A stretch of 63,756 bases of DNA, counting the filler, from an uncultured Methanospirillum sp. (GTDB lineage Archaea > Halobacteriota > Methanomicrobia > Methanomicrobiales > Methanospirillaceae): the NCBI GenBank assembly GCA_964637135.1. It is 4 parts of 4 records of this genome, joined end to end, with 100 filler letters (N's around TTAATTAATTAA, not from the genome) between each part and the next. Parts side by side here need not be neighbours in the genome. Positions count along the whole stretch, not along the records: positions 1 to 17,185 come from CAZWTX010000040.1; 3 more parts are not named here. One strand, given 5' to 3'. Below the pieces are notes generated by a model. That model searched no databases, was not told where the DNA came from, and worked only from the letters and a program-made list of their open reading frames with translations. The first letter of the stretch is position 1, and each line of letters opens with the position of its first letter. Below, one piece after another: positions 1 through 10,100 of the stretch. A program made the translations under genes and the position numbers.

Positions 1-114
1 TAGATGGATACCTGCATGAACAACAGTGGGAGATGGTTGCCGCTCATGGAATAAAGAGTTCCTGCTGCAATCCGGCAGAAATATATAACAGGACAAGGGG
101 ATGAGGGTCGCGGA

Positions 115-864
115 TTACCGTCTGACGCCTGACCGGGAGAGATAGGTCCGGGTCCAGGGACAGATCGCGATGCATATCCCGCACACCTGGGGTCGTTCAT
201 TCCCGTCACGGCTTCCCCGGGAGAAGTCATTACAGACATTATAACACCGGCTCGCGTTCCAGAATTCCTCACGGATACGGGACGGGTTCCAGTGAATTCC
301 CGTCGGTGCCATCCCGGGGCAGGAATCCGTGCAGCGCGAACAGTCCCCGCAGAAAGACGATTCCACGGGTTTTCCGGAGATCAAGGGTGCATCGGTGAAC
401 ACGGTCACGAGCCGGAGGGCAGAGCCGTACTCCCTGGTTACAAGGAGGGCCGATTTCCCGATCCAGCCAAGACCCGACCTCGTCGCAGCGGTTTTATGGG
501 GATATTCGGCGGCGAGGGCATCTGGGCCGGTCACGATCATCGTCGGGGGGTAGGCTTCGGCTCGGTACCCGGCCGCGATAATCCGGGATACAGCGTTAGC
601 AGAGAGCGTGGACAGGATGGAGTTCACCCGTTCATACTCAGCCACATACGCATCCAGGTGTCCGTGCAGGATCCCGTCCACGATCCCCGGGGAGAGGGCA
701 ACCGCGATGGATATCCCGACGGGCAGCCATTGCGGAGGAAGAAGGGACGGCAACGAGAGATCGGCGACACCCACGAGCGATGCCCCCCGTCCCCGGAGGT
801 ATGCTGACAGGTCCTGTGTCAGAACCTCACTGGTTTCAGTACCGTCTGCCCGTCGTTCGTTCAT
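115..864 (-). CDS. QueG/epoxyqueuosine-reductase-like double 4Fe-4S protein
   Basis: HKTAATRSGLGWIGKS motif, CGDCSRCTDSCP and CGICIAICP clusters; start placed at ATG 864, just after the upstream stop (track start 912). Confidence 0.8.
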   Translation of the reverse strand: MNERRADGTETSEVLTQDLSAYLRGRGASLVGVADLSLPSLLPPQWLPVGISIAVALSPGIVDGILHGHLDAYVAEYERVNSILSTLSANAVSRIIAAGYRAEAYPPTMIVTGPDALAAEYPHKTAATRSGLGWIGKSALLVTREYGSALRLVTVFTDAPLISGKPVESSFCGDCSRCTDSCPGMAPTGIHWNPSRIREEFWNASRCYNVCNDFSRGSRDGNERPQVCGICIAICPWTRTYLSRSGVRR

Positions 865-869
865 GCCCG

Positions 870-2063
870 TTACCAGACCGGCATCAGTCCCGGATGCTTC
901 CCGGTGATGCATTCACCGCCGTTCTGCGTGACAATAAAGATATTCTCAATTCCGACCATGCCAAAACCCGGGACTCCCTTCTTTGGTTCAAGGGCGAATA
1001 CCATGCCTTCCTCAAGCGGTTCATCAAACCCGGCGGCGATGACCGGTAACTCATTCACGAGAAGACCGATCCCGTGACCGAGGAACCTGACCGTCCGCTG
1101 GCCGAATCCCATGAAGTTCTCAAGAAACGATGGCTCAAGGCCATCCATGATCTCCTGGTAGATAGAAGCCGGTGTTCTCCCCGGCACAAGCCGGACAGCA
1201 ACATCCTGCTGGATCGTCACGCACTGATTATGGATCTCCTGCACCGCTTCCGGTGCTGAACCATGGAAGAGGTAGGTCATCGTCTTGTCGGTATGGTACC
1301 CGTCCACCCCGAATCCGACATCCACGAATACCAGGTCGCCGTCATGAAGTTTCCGTTCCCGGTTTCCGAGGAGAGGAACCGCCGGGCTGAGGCCGAGACT
1401 TCCGCCGGGACCGTCAAAGCAGGTCGGATACAGGGAACTCTCCCCGAACCCGACCTGGCCGACAACCATCTCGGCATCGAACATCCCGAATCTGACAACG
1501 CCGTGGTGACCGCTCCTGACCATAAGGGAGTAGAGATCGGTCACGAAGGCAGCTTCATCGATTCCTTCGCTGAGCAGGGAAGGCACCTTATCCTCGAGAA
1601 CCTCCCGGTGGATCTTCCCCGAAGTCCGCATAATGTCAAGCTCGAAGGGACTTTTCACGGATCGCACCCTGCCGATGGAGAGATCAAGCGGGCAGATCCG
1701 GGTGGAGGAGAAATGTTTCCTGAATCGATCGAGCATCGCGACCGGAACGATCTCGGTCTCGATATGGATGGATTCAAAGGGACCGGAAAAGACTGCTGCT
1801 GCATCACGGAAACTGCGCATCTCGCGGATATCAGGGAAGACCGATTCGACCGTCGCCCGTTCATAACTCCGCCTGACCCAGAAGATGGGATCCTGGTCGC
1901 GGGGGATGAGCAGCATCCCGTCCTGGATGGTACCGGTGAAATAATAGAGATTTATTTTTCCGAAAAATGCCGCTAATTCCCAGCCGGGATGATCATGATC
2001 CATCTGCATCCTGAACCGTTCCAGGCGATACATGATCTCAGATACGGGAACCAGTGGTTGCAT
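870..2063 (-). CDS. Xaa-Pro aminopeptidase (M24 family)
   Basis: Creatinase-like N-terminus; GYHTDKT, GHGIG, EPK and GIEN metal-site motifs. Confidence 0.9.
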   Translation of the reverse strand: MQPLVPVSEIMYRLERFRMQMDHDHPGWELAAFFGKINLYYFTGTIQDGMLLIPRDQDPIFWVRRSYERATVESVFPDIREMRSFRDAAAVFSGPFESIHIETEIVPVAMLDRFRKHFSSTRICPLDLSIGRVRSVKSPFELDIMRTSGKIHREVLEDKVPSLLSEGIDEAAFVTDLYSLMVRSGHHGVVRFGMFDAEMVVGQVGFGESSLYPTCFDGPGGSLGLSPAVPLLGNRERKLHDGDLVFVDVGFGVDGYHTDKTMTYLFHGSAPEAVQEIHNQCVTIQQDVAVRLVPGRTPASIYQEIMDGLEPSFLENFMGFGQRTVRFLGHGIGLLVNELPVIAAGFDEPLEEGMVFALEPKKGVPGFGMVGIENIFIVTQNGGECITGKHPGLMPVW

Positions 2064-2144
2064 GAAAAGTATGAAACCCGATCTCTTTTACCGGTACTGA
2101 ATCATGTTTCGGTAAAAGAGCGGGCAGAGCAGGAACATACCGGG

Positions 2145-2714
2145 TTATTTCTCCGGGCCGGCAGAGGAACCGGGGATCCGGTCACGGAAGAGGACATAAC
2201 GGTGTTCATCAAGCAGTTCTCCCCGTTTAAGGATCGCGTTTCTGGACACTCCCTCGCAGACAAATCCGTTTTTCTCAAGGACTCGCATTGAAGCAGGGTT
2301 TGAAGAGAAAATACCGGCTTCAAGACGGGTAACCGGGAAGGTTTCAAAGGCAGTCGGGATAACCGCACCGAGAACCGCGGTCATGATCCCGCTTCCCCAG
2401 AACGGCTCGCCGAGCCAGTACCCGATCTCTGCCCGGCACCGGTAGACATCTGAAAGGCGGAACACACCGATCCCCCCGGCTGCTTCGCCATCGATCTCGA
2501 TGGCACGAAGCAGGGCATCGTCCCGGGGGGCTGCTGCCATCTCCAGAAAGGAGCGTCCGTCTGCTTCAGTGTAGGGATACGGAAACCCGTCCCGCAATGC
2601 CCCCGATACTGCCGGGTTGTTCGCGTACTTCAGGAGAGAGGCAAGATCATCCGGTTCCCATGACCTGAGTCGGAGAGATACCGACAGCCGGTCTCCGATG
2701 ATCTCCCGGTTCAT
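2145..2714 (-). CDS. GNAT (RimJ/RimL-type) N-acetyltransferase
   Basis: AEIGYWLGEPFWGSG and NPASMRVLEKNGF motifs; ATG 2714 overlaps the upstream stop (ATGA). Confidence 0.9.
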   Translation of the reverse strand: MNREIIGDRLSVSLRLRSWEPDDLASLLKYANNPAVSGALRDGFPYPYTEADGRSFLEMAAAPRDDALLRAIEIDGEAAGGIGVFRLSDVYRCRAEIGYWLGEPFWGSGIMTAVLGAVIPTAFETFPVTRLEAGIFSSNPASMRVLEKNGFVCEGVSRNAILKRGELLDEHRYVLFRDRIPGSSAGPEK

Positions 2715-3358
2715 ACAGGTTTCCCGATCCGGTGAAGGGTATCCCGGAGAAGTGTTTCTTTTTCCGCTATCAGGGCAAAAATATCTGCTTTCCGGCGTTC
2801 CAGGCATGCCTCCTCACTCAATCCCTCTTCCGGAAGACACCGGGAACTCACGTTCTCGAGGAGCTGGTTCAGAACACGGACCTGACAGGCCAGTGCAGTA
2901 AGATTCCTGGTTTCGGCTGCCGCGACACCGTGCGCCATGAGATCAACAGACCGACGATTCTGATCTTCCTGCCATGCAAAATGGGATCGGACAAAACTGC
3001 AGAGTTCATCTTCCTGTACCGGTTTCCCGATGAACCCAACAATGCGCTCGCCGTACCGGAGGATCTCATTGACATCAAGCAGTTTTGCCGAGATCATCAT
3101 CACCGGGATCTCGTTGACCTGTTTGAGGTTCCTGATTGAGTCCAGGGTTTCCCACCCGTCGAACGGTTCCATCAGGATGTCAAGGAGGATAAGATCAAAC
3201 CTGCCCGCCTTGATCTGGTTCAGGCCGTCAGAGGCATTATCAGCAGATTTACAAGAATACCCACACCGGGTCAGGGCGTCGGTGAAATAGTTCCTGAATA
3301 CCATCTCGTCGTCAATGACCAGGATTTTTTTCTGCCCGTTTTCCATGGTTATACTCAC
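2711..3358 (-). CDS. Response regulator (REC domain plus helical C-terminal extension)
   Basis: ILVIDDE, LILLDILM (phosphoacceptor Asp), ISA, KP motifs. Confidence 0.88.
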   Translation of the reverse strand: MSITMENGQKKILVIDDEMVFRNYFTDALTRCGYSCKSADNASDGLNQIKAGRFDLILLDILMEPFDGWETLDSIRNLKQVNEIPVMMISAKLLDVNEILRYGERIVGFIGKPVQEDELCSFVRSHFAWQEDQNRRSVDLMAHGVAAAETRNLTALACQVRVLNQLLENVSSRCLPEEGLSEEACLERRKADIFALIAEKETLLRDTLHRIGKPV

Positions 3359-3456
3359 AAAATATCCGGCCTGTTCCCTCTTGTACAGACGATCTATCTG
3401 AATATTCGTATGTACCTATAGTATAGAAGAGATCGGATACTGGAAAACGGGCTGAG

Positions 3457-4623
3457 ATGACCATCGGAAAAGCTGCCTACTTAAAAACACTAACCGCTGC
3501 GACCATACGGATGAACTCGGTTGAAACCGGGACCGAGCTTGCGGGAAGTTCACCCCCCTCGGTTTTTATCGGCAGCTCGGGCTTTCCAAAACTGCTCGCC
3601 GGTCCCATGATCACCCCGGTTCACGGAGACACCGCGATCATGGACCAGCCTGAAGAATGGATCTCCCGCCTGCTCCCCCAGGAAGACATCATCAGGTACC
3701 GGATGAACCTCGTCAGGGGAAAGCACCGGGTGGACGCGAAGGACCTTGACAGCCGGTTCATCACCCAGCTTCGTGAGATTGCCATGGCTGACACGTCCAT
3801 CGAGAGTGACGCCACATTCAGTTCTGTGCCGACCGGGATCTCCTTCAGCGAAGAGCATGCCCCGTATGGGCCGAGTGCCGAGATCACCTCGCTTGAGATC
3901 GAAAATACCCGGTGGAATCACCGGCTTGAAAAGGTATACAGCGATACCGACCTGGTCGCAACCGATGCCATCATGCATCTTCACCGGCAGGGTATTCCCT
4001 TTTCCACCATCCAGAAGGCATTCTCCGTTGGAACGATGGGACGGGGAAGAGACCGGCACCTCGTACCGACCCGCTGGTCAATCACCGCATGTGACAGTAC
4101 GATCGCAAACCGGCTGTATCAGGAGGTGAAGACAAATGTTCTCCTCGACACATGGCGAGTCCACGAATTTTCCAGCCTGAACAACCGGTATACCGTCATC
4201 CTGATGCCGACCGGATGGCAGTACGAGTGGACGGAAGCCTTTGTCCATGTCCTCGGGAACGAGGAACTGGTCTTTTCAGACCACGAGATCCGAAAGCCGA
4301 AGACCACCTACTCCCCCCTCGGCGGATGCTACTACTCCTGCAAGATGGCGGTGCTTGAGGCCCTGGCACGAGAGCGGATCCAGGCCGGGGCCATCGTGCT
4401 CAGGGAGGCACAGGAAGGATATGTCCCGCTCGGGGTGTTTAATGTCAGGGAAAACGTCCGGAGCGCTCTCCGGCAGCCGGGTATCGAGCTCGAGGATGCA
4501 GAGGCTGTTTTCAGCCACATCAAAGACCGGTTCACTCTCCCGGCATCCCGGTTTGAGATGGCCGGAAAACTCCTCCGCGACCTCAGGCGGGGAAGACAGA
4601 CAACGCTCTCGGCATTCTCCTGA
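3457..4623 (+). CDS. nreA: Nre-family archaeal DNA repair protein with C-terminal PIP box
   Basis: GSSPPSVFIG, LVPTRWSITA, GGCYY, GVFNVRENVR motifs; C-terminal QTTLSAFS PCNA-interaction motif. Confidence 0.85.
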   Translation: MTIGKAAYLKTLTAATIRMNSVETGTELAGSSPPSVFIGSSGFPKLLAGPMITPVHGDTAIMDQPEEWISRLLPQEDIIRYRMNLVRGKHRVDAKDLDSRFITQLREIAMADTSIESDATFSSVPTGISFSEEHAPYGPSAEITSLEIENTRWNHRLEKVYSDTDLVATDAIMHLHRQGIPFSTIQKAFSVGTMGRGRDRHLVPTRWSITACDSTIANRLYQEVKTNVLLDTWRVHEFSSLNNRYTVILMPTGWQYEWTEAFVHVLGNEELVFSDHEIRKPKTTYSPLGGCYYSCKMAVLEALARERIQAGAIVLREAQEGYVPLGVFNVRENVRSALRQPGIELEDAEAVFSHIKDRFTLPASRFEMAGKLLRDLRRGRQTTLSAFS

Positions 4624-4657
4624 ATGATAACATCTACAGGGATGAATAAAAAGGGGA

Positions 4658-5233
4658 TTAATGCCCGCTCTTGCTCAGGTAGTATGAACCCAGGCATATC
4701 GCCAGGATCGCAATCGAGAGAAGGAACGCATCGATCATCGAGAAGACGCCCATGCTGATCACGTTCTTGAAGAAGGCAACCATGAGGATGATGATGATCA
4801 CCTTGATAATCTTGCTCTTGAGTTCATCGAGCGAGGTTATCTGCAGGAGCTGGTGATCTTCCCCGCCCTTCACCCTGGCCACATCGATCTTCGAGATGAT
4901 GATCTCGTACAGACCGAAACTGAAGATGAGGAAGAAGACGGCAATAAGGTAGAGATCGATTGCACCGATGAACGACTTGAGCAGTTCTTCATTCTCGATG
5001 GCATGCTCGCCGGTTTCTACGGTCGCATGGAAGACGGTGATGATGGGATGAATGATCTCCAGCGTTCCCATGATGAAGAGAACGACCGCAGCAATGGCAC
5101 AAAATAAGACCGCAAGGAAGGATACATACCTGAATTTCCATAGCCAGTATTCTATGGGGCCCAGGATCCTGCTTTCGAACGATTCGTCGATGGATCTCCA
5201 GATATCACGTACCATGTCGTATCCGTACGGCAC
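4658..5233 (-). CDS. YqhA/UPF0114-family membrane protein
   Basis: Four hydrophobic segments; IDLYLIA..FGLYE and ITSLDELKSKI motifs. Confidence 0.8.
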   Translation of the reverse strand: MPYGYDMVRDIWRSIDESFESRILGPIEYWLWKFRYVSFLAVLFCAIAAVVLFIMGTLEIIHPIITVFHATVETGEHAIENEELLKSFIGAIDLYLIAVFFLIFSFGLYEIIISKIDVARVKGGEDHQLLQITSLDELKSKIIKVIIIILMVAFFKNVISMGVFSMIDAFLLSIAILAICLGSYYLSKSGH

Positions 5234-5314
5234 TTTTCAGGTTTTACCGTTGCGGTCAGAAATGATCCCCTGGTTCACCGGTTACATTATCATCCCCCTT
5301 ACCAATACCACGGT

Positions 5315-5545
5315 ATGTTTGGCATGGACACCATTGCAAAACAGGCGCTCTCCTCCCCGGACGGACAAAAGATGCTGATGGAGTTTCTCTCCTCACCCGA
5401 GGGGATGAAGACGATCCGGGAATTTGCCGGCACTCCCCAGGGAAAACAACTCATCGGAACGGCTATCTCCTCGCTGACAAAGGGTCTTGGTCTTCCGGAT
5501 GATCAGGCTGCACAGGTAAGTTCGATCATCGGCAAATTCGTCTGA
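5315..5545 (+). CDS. Small helical hypothetical protein
   Basis: 76 aa with an internal (S/T)PxG repeat; fills the intergenic space and is followed by a T-rich tract. Confidence 0.6.
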   Translation: MFGMDTIAKQALSSPDGQKMLMEFLSSPEGMKTIREFAGTPQGKQLIGTAISSLTKGLGLPDDQAAQVSSIIGKFV

Positions 5546-5637
5546 TGTCCACTCTCCCGGGCAGGGGGAAAGAATTTATCTCCTCTTTTTTTGGGTACTC
5601 ACCCTGATTACCCCCCCGCTCCAACCCTACAGTGCAG

Positions 5638-8523
5638 ATGAAAAATATCATTATCAAAGGTGCCAGAGAGCACAACCTTAAAAATATCACCGTTACCATT
5701 CCCCGTGACCAGTTCGTCGTCGTGACCGGTCTTTCGGGGTCAGGCAAATCCACCCTCGCCTTTGACACGGTATATGCAGAAGGCCAGCGGCGGTACGTTG
5801 AATCCCTCTCATCGTATGCCCGCCAGTTCCTCGGCCTGATGAACAAACCGGACGTCGACAGCATCGAAGGGCTTTCGCCTGCCATCTCCATCGAGCAGAA
5901 ATCGACCTCGAAAAACCCGCGATCAACGGTCGGGACCGTTACCGAGATCTACGATTATCTCAGACTCCTGTACGCCAGGATAGGGATCCCGTACTGCCCG
6001 GAGCATAACCTTCCGATCATTGCCCGGTCACCGGAACGGATTGCACACCATATCGAGGAAGAACTCTCCGGCATGGTCACCATCCTTGCCCCGCTCATCA
6101 GGAAGAAGAAGGGGACGTACCAGCAGCTCCTCCGTGACCTGAACCGGGAAGGCTTCGCACGGGTCAGGGTAAACGGAGAGATCATCAGGACCGACGAGGA
6201 GATCGCCCTCGAGCGATACAGGATGCACACCATCGATCTCGTCATCGACCGGTTCGACGTATCAGAGCACGGAAGGCTTGTCGAGGCCTGTGAACGGGCG
6301 GTGGAACGATCGGACGGCCTCGTAATTGCAGTGATGGAAGACGGTGCCGACCATCTCTACTCGGCACGGATGGCCTGCCCGGTCTGCGGGATTACTTTCG
6401 AGGAACTCCAGCCACGTATCTTCTCATTCAACAGTCCCTTCGGGGCCTGCCCGGAATGCAAGGGTCTTGGCTTTAAGATGGATTTCGATCCTGAACTGAT
6501 CATCCCTGACCGGAACAAATCGATTGCCGAAGGGGCGATTGCGACATACCGAAACTTCCTCGATGGTCACCGGTCCCAGTATGTCGGGGCCGTTGCCTCT
6601 CATTTCGGGTTTTCCATCCACACCCCGATCAGGGATCTCACTGAGAAGCAGTACCAGGTCCTCATGTACGGGTCAGACGAACAGATCGAGTTCAAGATGA
6701 GTTACCGCCAGGGACAGGGAAAATGGGAACACCGGGGAACCTGGGAAGGGCTCCTTCCCCAGGCAGAACGGCTGTACAGCCAGACCCAGTCCGAGTACCG
6801 CAAACGTGAACTTGAGAAGTTCATGCGGATATCAAGCTGTCCCTCCTGCAAGGGAAAACGGCTGAAAGATACCGTGCTTTCCGTCAGAATCGCCGGTAAC
6901 TCGATCATCGATCTCACCGACCTCTCGATCACGGCCCTTATCGGATTCTTCGAAACCCTTGACCTGAACGAGAAAGAAGCAGAGATTGCAAAGCAGGTAC
7001 TCAAGGAGATAGGTTCCCGGCTCCTCTTCCTCCAGCGGGTCGGGCTCGGGTACCTCACCCTCTCACGGAGTGCCGGCACCCTTTCCGGCGGGGAAGCACA
7101 GCGGATCCGGCTTGCGACCCAGATCGGTGCCAACCTCATGGGAGTGCTCTACGTGCTTGATGAGCCTTCGATCGGGCTCCACCAGCGGGATAACACGAAA
7201 CTGATCGAAACCCTCCGGGAACTGCGGGATCTCGGAAACACCCTGGTCGTGGTCGAACATGACGAGGATACCATCCGGGCGGCAGACTGGGTCATCGACA
7301 TGGGCCCGGGAGCCGGTCTTCACGGCGGCGAAGTGATCGCAGAAGGAACCCCGGACGAGATCATCGCAACCGAACAATCCCTCACCGGGGCTTATCTCTC
7401 CGGGAGACAGGCAATCGAAGTGCCCCAGACCCGACGATCCGCTTCACGGTTCATCAGGATCACGGACTGCCGGGAGAACAACCTGAAGGGTATCTCGGTC
7501 GGGATCCCGATGGGCACGCTGACTCTCGTCACCGGGGTCTCCGGGTCAGGAAAATCAAGCCTCATCTATGACACGCTCTACCCGGCCCTCCAGCGGGAAG
7601 TCTACCACTCCCGGGTCGAACCCGGAGTATTCGGGGATCTCACCTGCGATGAGCCGGTCGACAAGGTGATCGTCATCGACCAGTCACCGATAGGACGGAC
7701 CCCCCGGTCAAACCCGGCAACCTACACGAAGGTCTTCGATGAGATCAGAACCCTCTTCGCCGCGACAAAGGAGGCAAAGATCCGTGGGTACCAGGCTGGC
7801 AGGTTCTCTTTTAATGTCAGGGGCGGGCGGTGCGAGGCCTGTCAGGGTGACGGGCTGATCGAGATGAACTTCCTCCCCGATGTCTACATCGAGTGCGAGG
7901 AGTGCAAGGGAAGCAGGTATAACCGTGAGACACTTGAGGTGAAGTATAACGGCAGATCGATCGCCGATGTACTCGCGATGACCGTAGAGGAGGCATTCGA
8001 ACTCTTTGTGAACATCCCGAAGATCCGGACCAAGCTTCAGACCCTGATGGATGTCGGGCTCGGGTATATCAAGCTCGGCCAGTCGGCAACAACCCTCTCC
8101 GGCGGCGAGGCACAGCGGATCAAGCTGACCCGGGAACTCTCGAAACGGGCAACCGGCAGAACGGTCTACCTCCTTGACGAGCCGACGACCGGGCTTCACT
8201 TCCACGACGTGAGAAAACTCATCGGGGTACTTGACAGCCTCGTGGCAAAAGGGAATACCGTCATCGTCATCGAGCATAACCTCGACGTGATCAAATCAGC
8301 CGATTTTATCATCGATCTCGGGCCGGAAGGCGGGGACGCCGGAGGAGAAGTTATCGCTACCGGGACACCGGAAGAGATCGCCACAGCCGCCCGGAGTTAC
8401 ACCGGGCATTTCCTCGCCAAGATGCTACCCGGTAAAATTATCGGGACGGCGAAGGCCCCCGGGAAGAAACGAACGGTCAAAGCGAAGAAGAAAGCGGGTA
8501 ATTGCAGTACCCGCCGGAAATAA
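5638..8523 (+). CDS. uvrA: Excinuclease ABC subunit A
   Basis: GAREHNLKN, two Walker A motifs ([16 protein letters not shown]), two LSGGEAQR signatures, zinc fingers. Confidence 0.98.
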   Translation: MKNIIIKGAREHNLKNITVTIPRDQFVVVTGLSGSGKSTLAFDTVYAEGQRRYVESLSSYARQFLGLMNKPDVDSIEGLSPAISIEQKSTSKNPRSTVGTVTEIYDYLRLLYARIGIPYCPEHNLPIIARSPERIAHHIEEELSGMVTILAPLIRKKKGTYQQLLRDLNREGFARVRVNGEIIRTDEEIALERYRMHTIDLVIDRFDVSEHGRLVEACERAVERSDGLVIAVMEDGADHLYSARMACPVCGITFEELQPRIFSFNSPFGACPECKGLGFKMDFDPELIIPDRNKSIAEGAIATYRNFLDGHRSQYVGAVASHFGFSIHTPIRDLTEKQYQVLMYGSDEQIEFKMSYRQGQGKWEHRGTWEGLLPQAERLYSQTQSEYRKRELEKFMRISSCPSCKGKRLKDTVLSVRIAGNSIIDLTDLSITALIGFFETLDLNEKEAEIAKQVLKEIGSRLLFLQRVGLGYLTLSRSAGTLSGGEAQRIRLATQIGANLMGVLYVLDEPSIGLHQRDNTKLIETLRELRDLGNTLVVVEHDEDTIRAADWVIDMGPGAGLHGGEVIAEGTPDEIIATEQSLTGAYLSGRQAIEVPQTRRSASRFIRITDCRENNLKGISVGIPMGTLTLVTGVSGSGKSSLIYDTLYPALQREVYHSRVEPGVFGDLTCDEPVDKVIVIDQSPIGRTPRSNPATYTKVFDEIRTLFAATKEAKIRGYQAGRFSFNVRGGRCEACQGDGLIEMNFLPDVYIECEECKGSRYNRETLEVKYNGRSIADVLAMTVEEAFELFVNIPKIRTKLQTLMDVGLGYIKLGQSATTLSGGEAQRIKLTRELSKRATGRTVYLLDEPTTGLHFHDVRKLIGVLDSLVAKGNTVIVIEHNLDVIKSADFIIDLGPEGGDAGGEVIATGTPEEIATAARSYTGHFLAKMLPGKIIGTAKAPGKKRTVKAKKKAGNCSTRRK

Positions 8524-8534
8524 TCCAAAAACCC

Positions 8535-10100
8535 ATGCAGTCCAGCATCGATCTTTCGGCACTCCCTGAACACCCGGGATGTTATCTCTACCATGATTCC
8601 ACCGGAACGATCATCTACGTGGGAAAAGCCAAGAATCTGAAGAAACGGGTCTCGAGTTATTTCCAGAAAAACGACCTCGATCCCAAGACACGGCTCCTCG
8701 TCTCTGAAATTGCCGGGCTCGATTTCATTGTCACGGAGACCGAGGTTGAGGCACTCATCCTTGAGAACAATCTCATCAAGAAACACCTCCCCCGGTTCAA
8801 CATCGATCTCAAGGATGCGAAGAGTTATGCCTACATCCAGATCAGTGATGACCCCTACCCGCGGATCGGGATTGCACGGCATCGCGGCGGAAAAAAAACC
8901 GGCACCCTCTACGGTCCGTTTGTATCGGCGGCAGAACGCGACCAGGTGCTTCACTTCATCAAGCAGACGTTCAGGCTGCGGACCTGCCGGAAGATGAACC
9001 GCAAATCCTGCCTCCGCTATCACCTCGGTACCTGCTCGGCCCCCTGCCAGGAGAAGATATCAGAGCCTGAATACCAGTACCTCATCAGGGATGCCGAACT
9101 GCTGCTGAAAGGAAAGAACCAGGATCTCATCAGTGAACTGCGGGCAAGGATGGAAGACTGCTCCGCAAAGAACGAGTTTGAACAGGCGCTTGTTCTCCGT
9201 GACCAGATCCAGGCGATCAAGCGGTTATCAGAGCGGCAGTATGTCCAGCGGCAGAAGCGGGAGGACGAGCATATCATCAATTTCCAGGTTTCTTCAGGCA
9301 CCGTCTATCTCATGCTCTTCTCCGTCGAGAAGGGAATCCTCGCAGGAAAGGAGGAATATCGGTTTGACTGGAACGAGGATGCAATCGAGGAGTTTCTCGT
9401 CCAGTACTATGCCGGGGTCACGCCACCACACGAACTGATCCTCCCGCATGAGGTGGATCCCTCGCTTGCAGAATACCTCTCAGCAATCCGGGGAACGAAT
9501 GTATCCGTGGTGGTGCCAAAACACGGGGCGAAAAAGCATCTGCTCGACCTCGTCCATACCAATATCGAAGCATCCTTCTTCAGGGGAGAGATTCGCACGA
9601 TTGAACTCGCCGAGATCCTCGATCTTCCCGCTCCTCCGGAGGTTATCGAATCCTTCGATATTTCCCATCTCTCCGGGACCGGGATGGTCGGTTCCATGGT
9701 CTCGTTCCGGAACGGAAAACCCGACAAGGCTAACTACCGCCGGTTCCGGATCCGGGATGCCGGAAAAGGAGATGATTATGCCGCAATCGGCGAAGTGGTA
9801 CGACGACGGTACTCCCGTCTCAAAAAGGAAGAAAAACCACTCCCTGACCTGGTCCTCATCGACGGGGGACCGGGACAGCTCGGGGCAGCCAAGGATGAAC
9901 TTGACCGGCTCGGTCTTTCTATCCCGGTCATCTCGATTGCCAAACGAGAGGAGCAGATCTACCGGCCCGGGCGAAGAACCCCCCTCCCCCTGAAACGAAA
10001 GGATCCGGCATCCCTTCTTCTCCAGGAGATCAGGGACGAGACACACCGGTTTGTTATCACGTACCAGCGTCAGACAAGGAGAAAACAGATCAGATCATGA
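8535..10100 (+). CDS. uvrC: Excinuclease ABC subunit C (ends before the usual HhH2 tail)
   Basis: GIY-YIG (GCYLY..IYVGKAKNLKKRV), Cys-rich region, UVR domain, RNase H-like FDISH and LIDGG. Confidence 0.95.
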   Translation: MQSSIDLSALPEHPGCYLYHDSTGTIIYVGKAKNLKKRVSSYFQKNDLDPKTRLLVSEIAGLDFIVTETEVEALILENNLIKKHLPRFNIDLKDAKSYAYIQISDDPYPRIGIARHRGGKKTGTLYGPFVSAAERDQVLHFIKQTFRLRTCRKMNRKSCLRYHLGTCSAPCQEKISEPEYQYLIRDAELLLKGKNQDLISELRARMEDCSAKNEFEQALVLRDQIQAIKRLSERQYVQRQKREDEHIINFQVSSGTVYLMLFSVEKGILAGKEEYRFDWNEDAIEEFLVQYYAGVTPPHELILPHEVDPSLAEYLSAIRGTNVSVVVPKHGAKKHLLDLVHTNIEASFFRGEIRTIELAEILDLPAPPEVIESFDISHLSGTGMVGSMVSFRNGKPDKANYRRFRIRDAGKGDDYAAIGEVVRRRYSRLKKEEKPLPDLVLIDGGPGQLGAAKDELDRLGLSIPVISIAKREEQIYRPGRRTPLPLKRKDPASLLLQEIRDETHRFVITYQRQTRRKQIRS

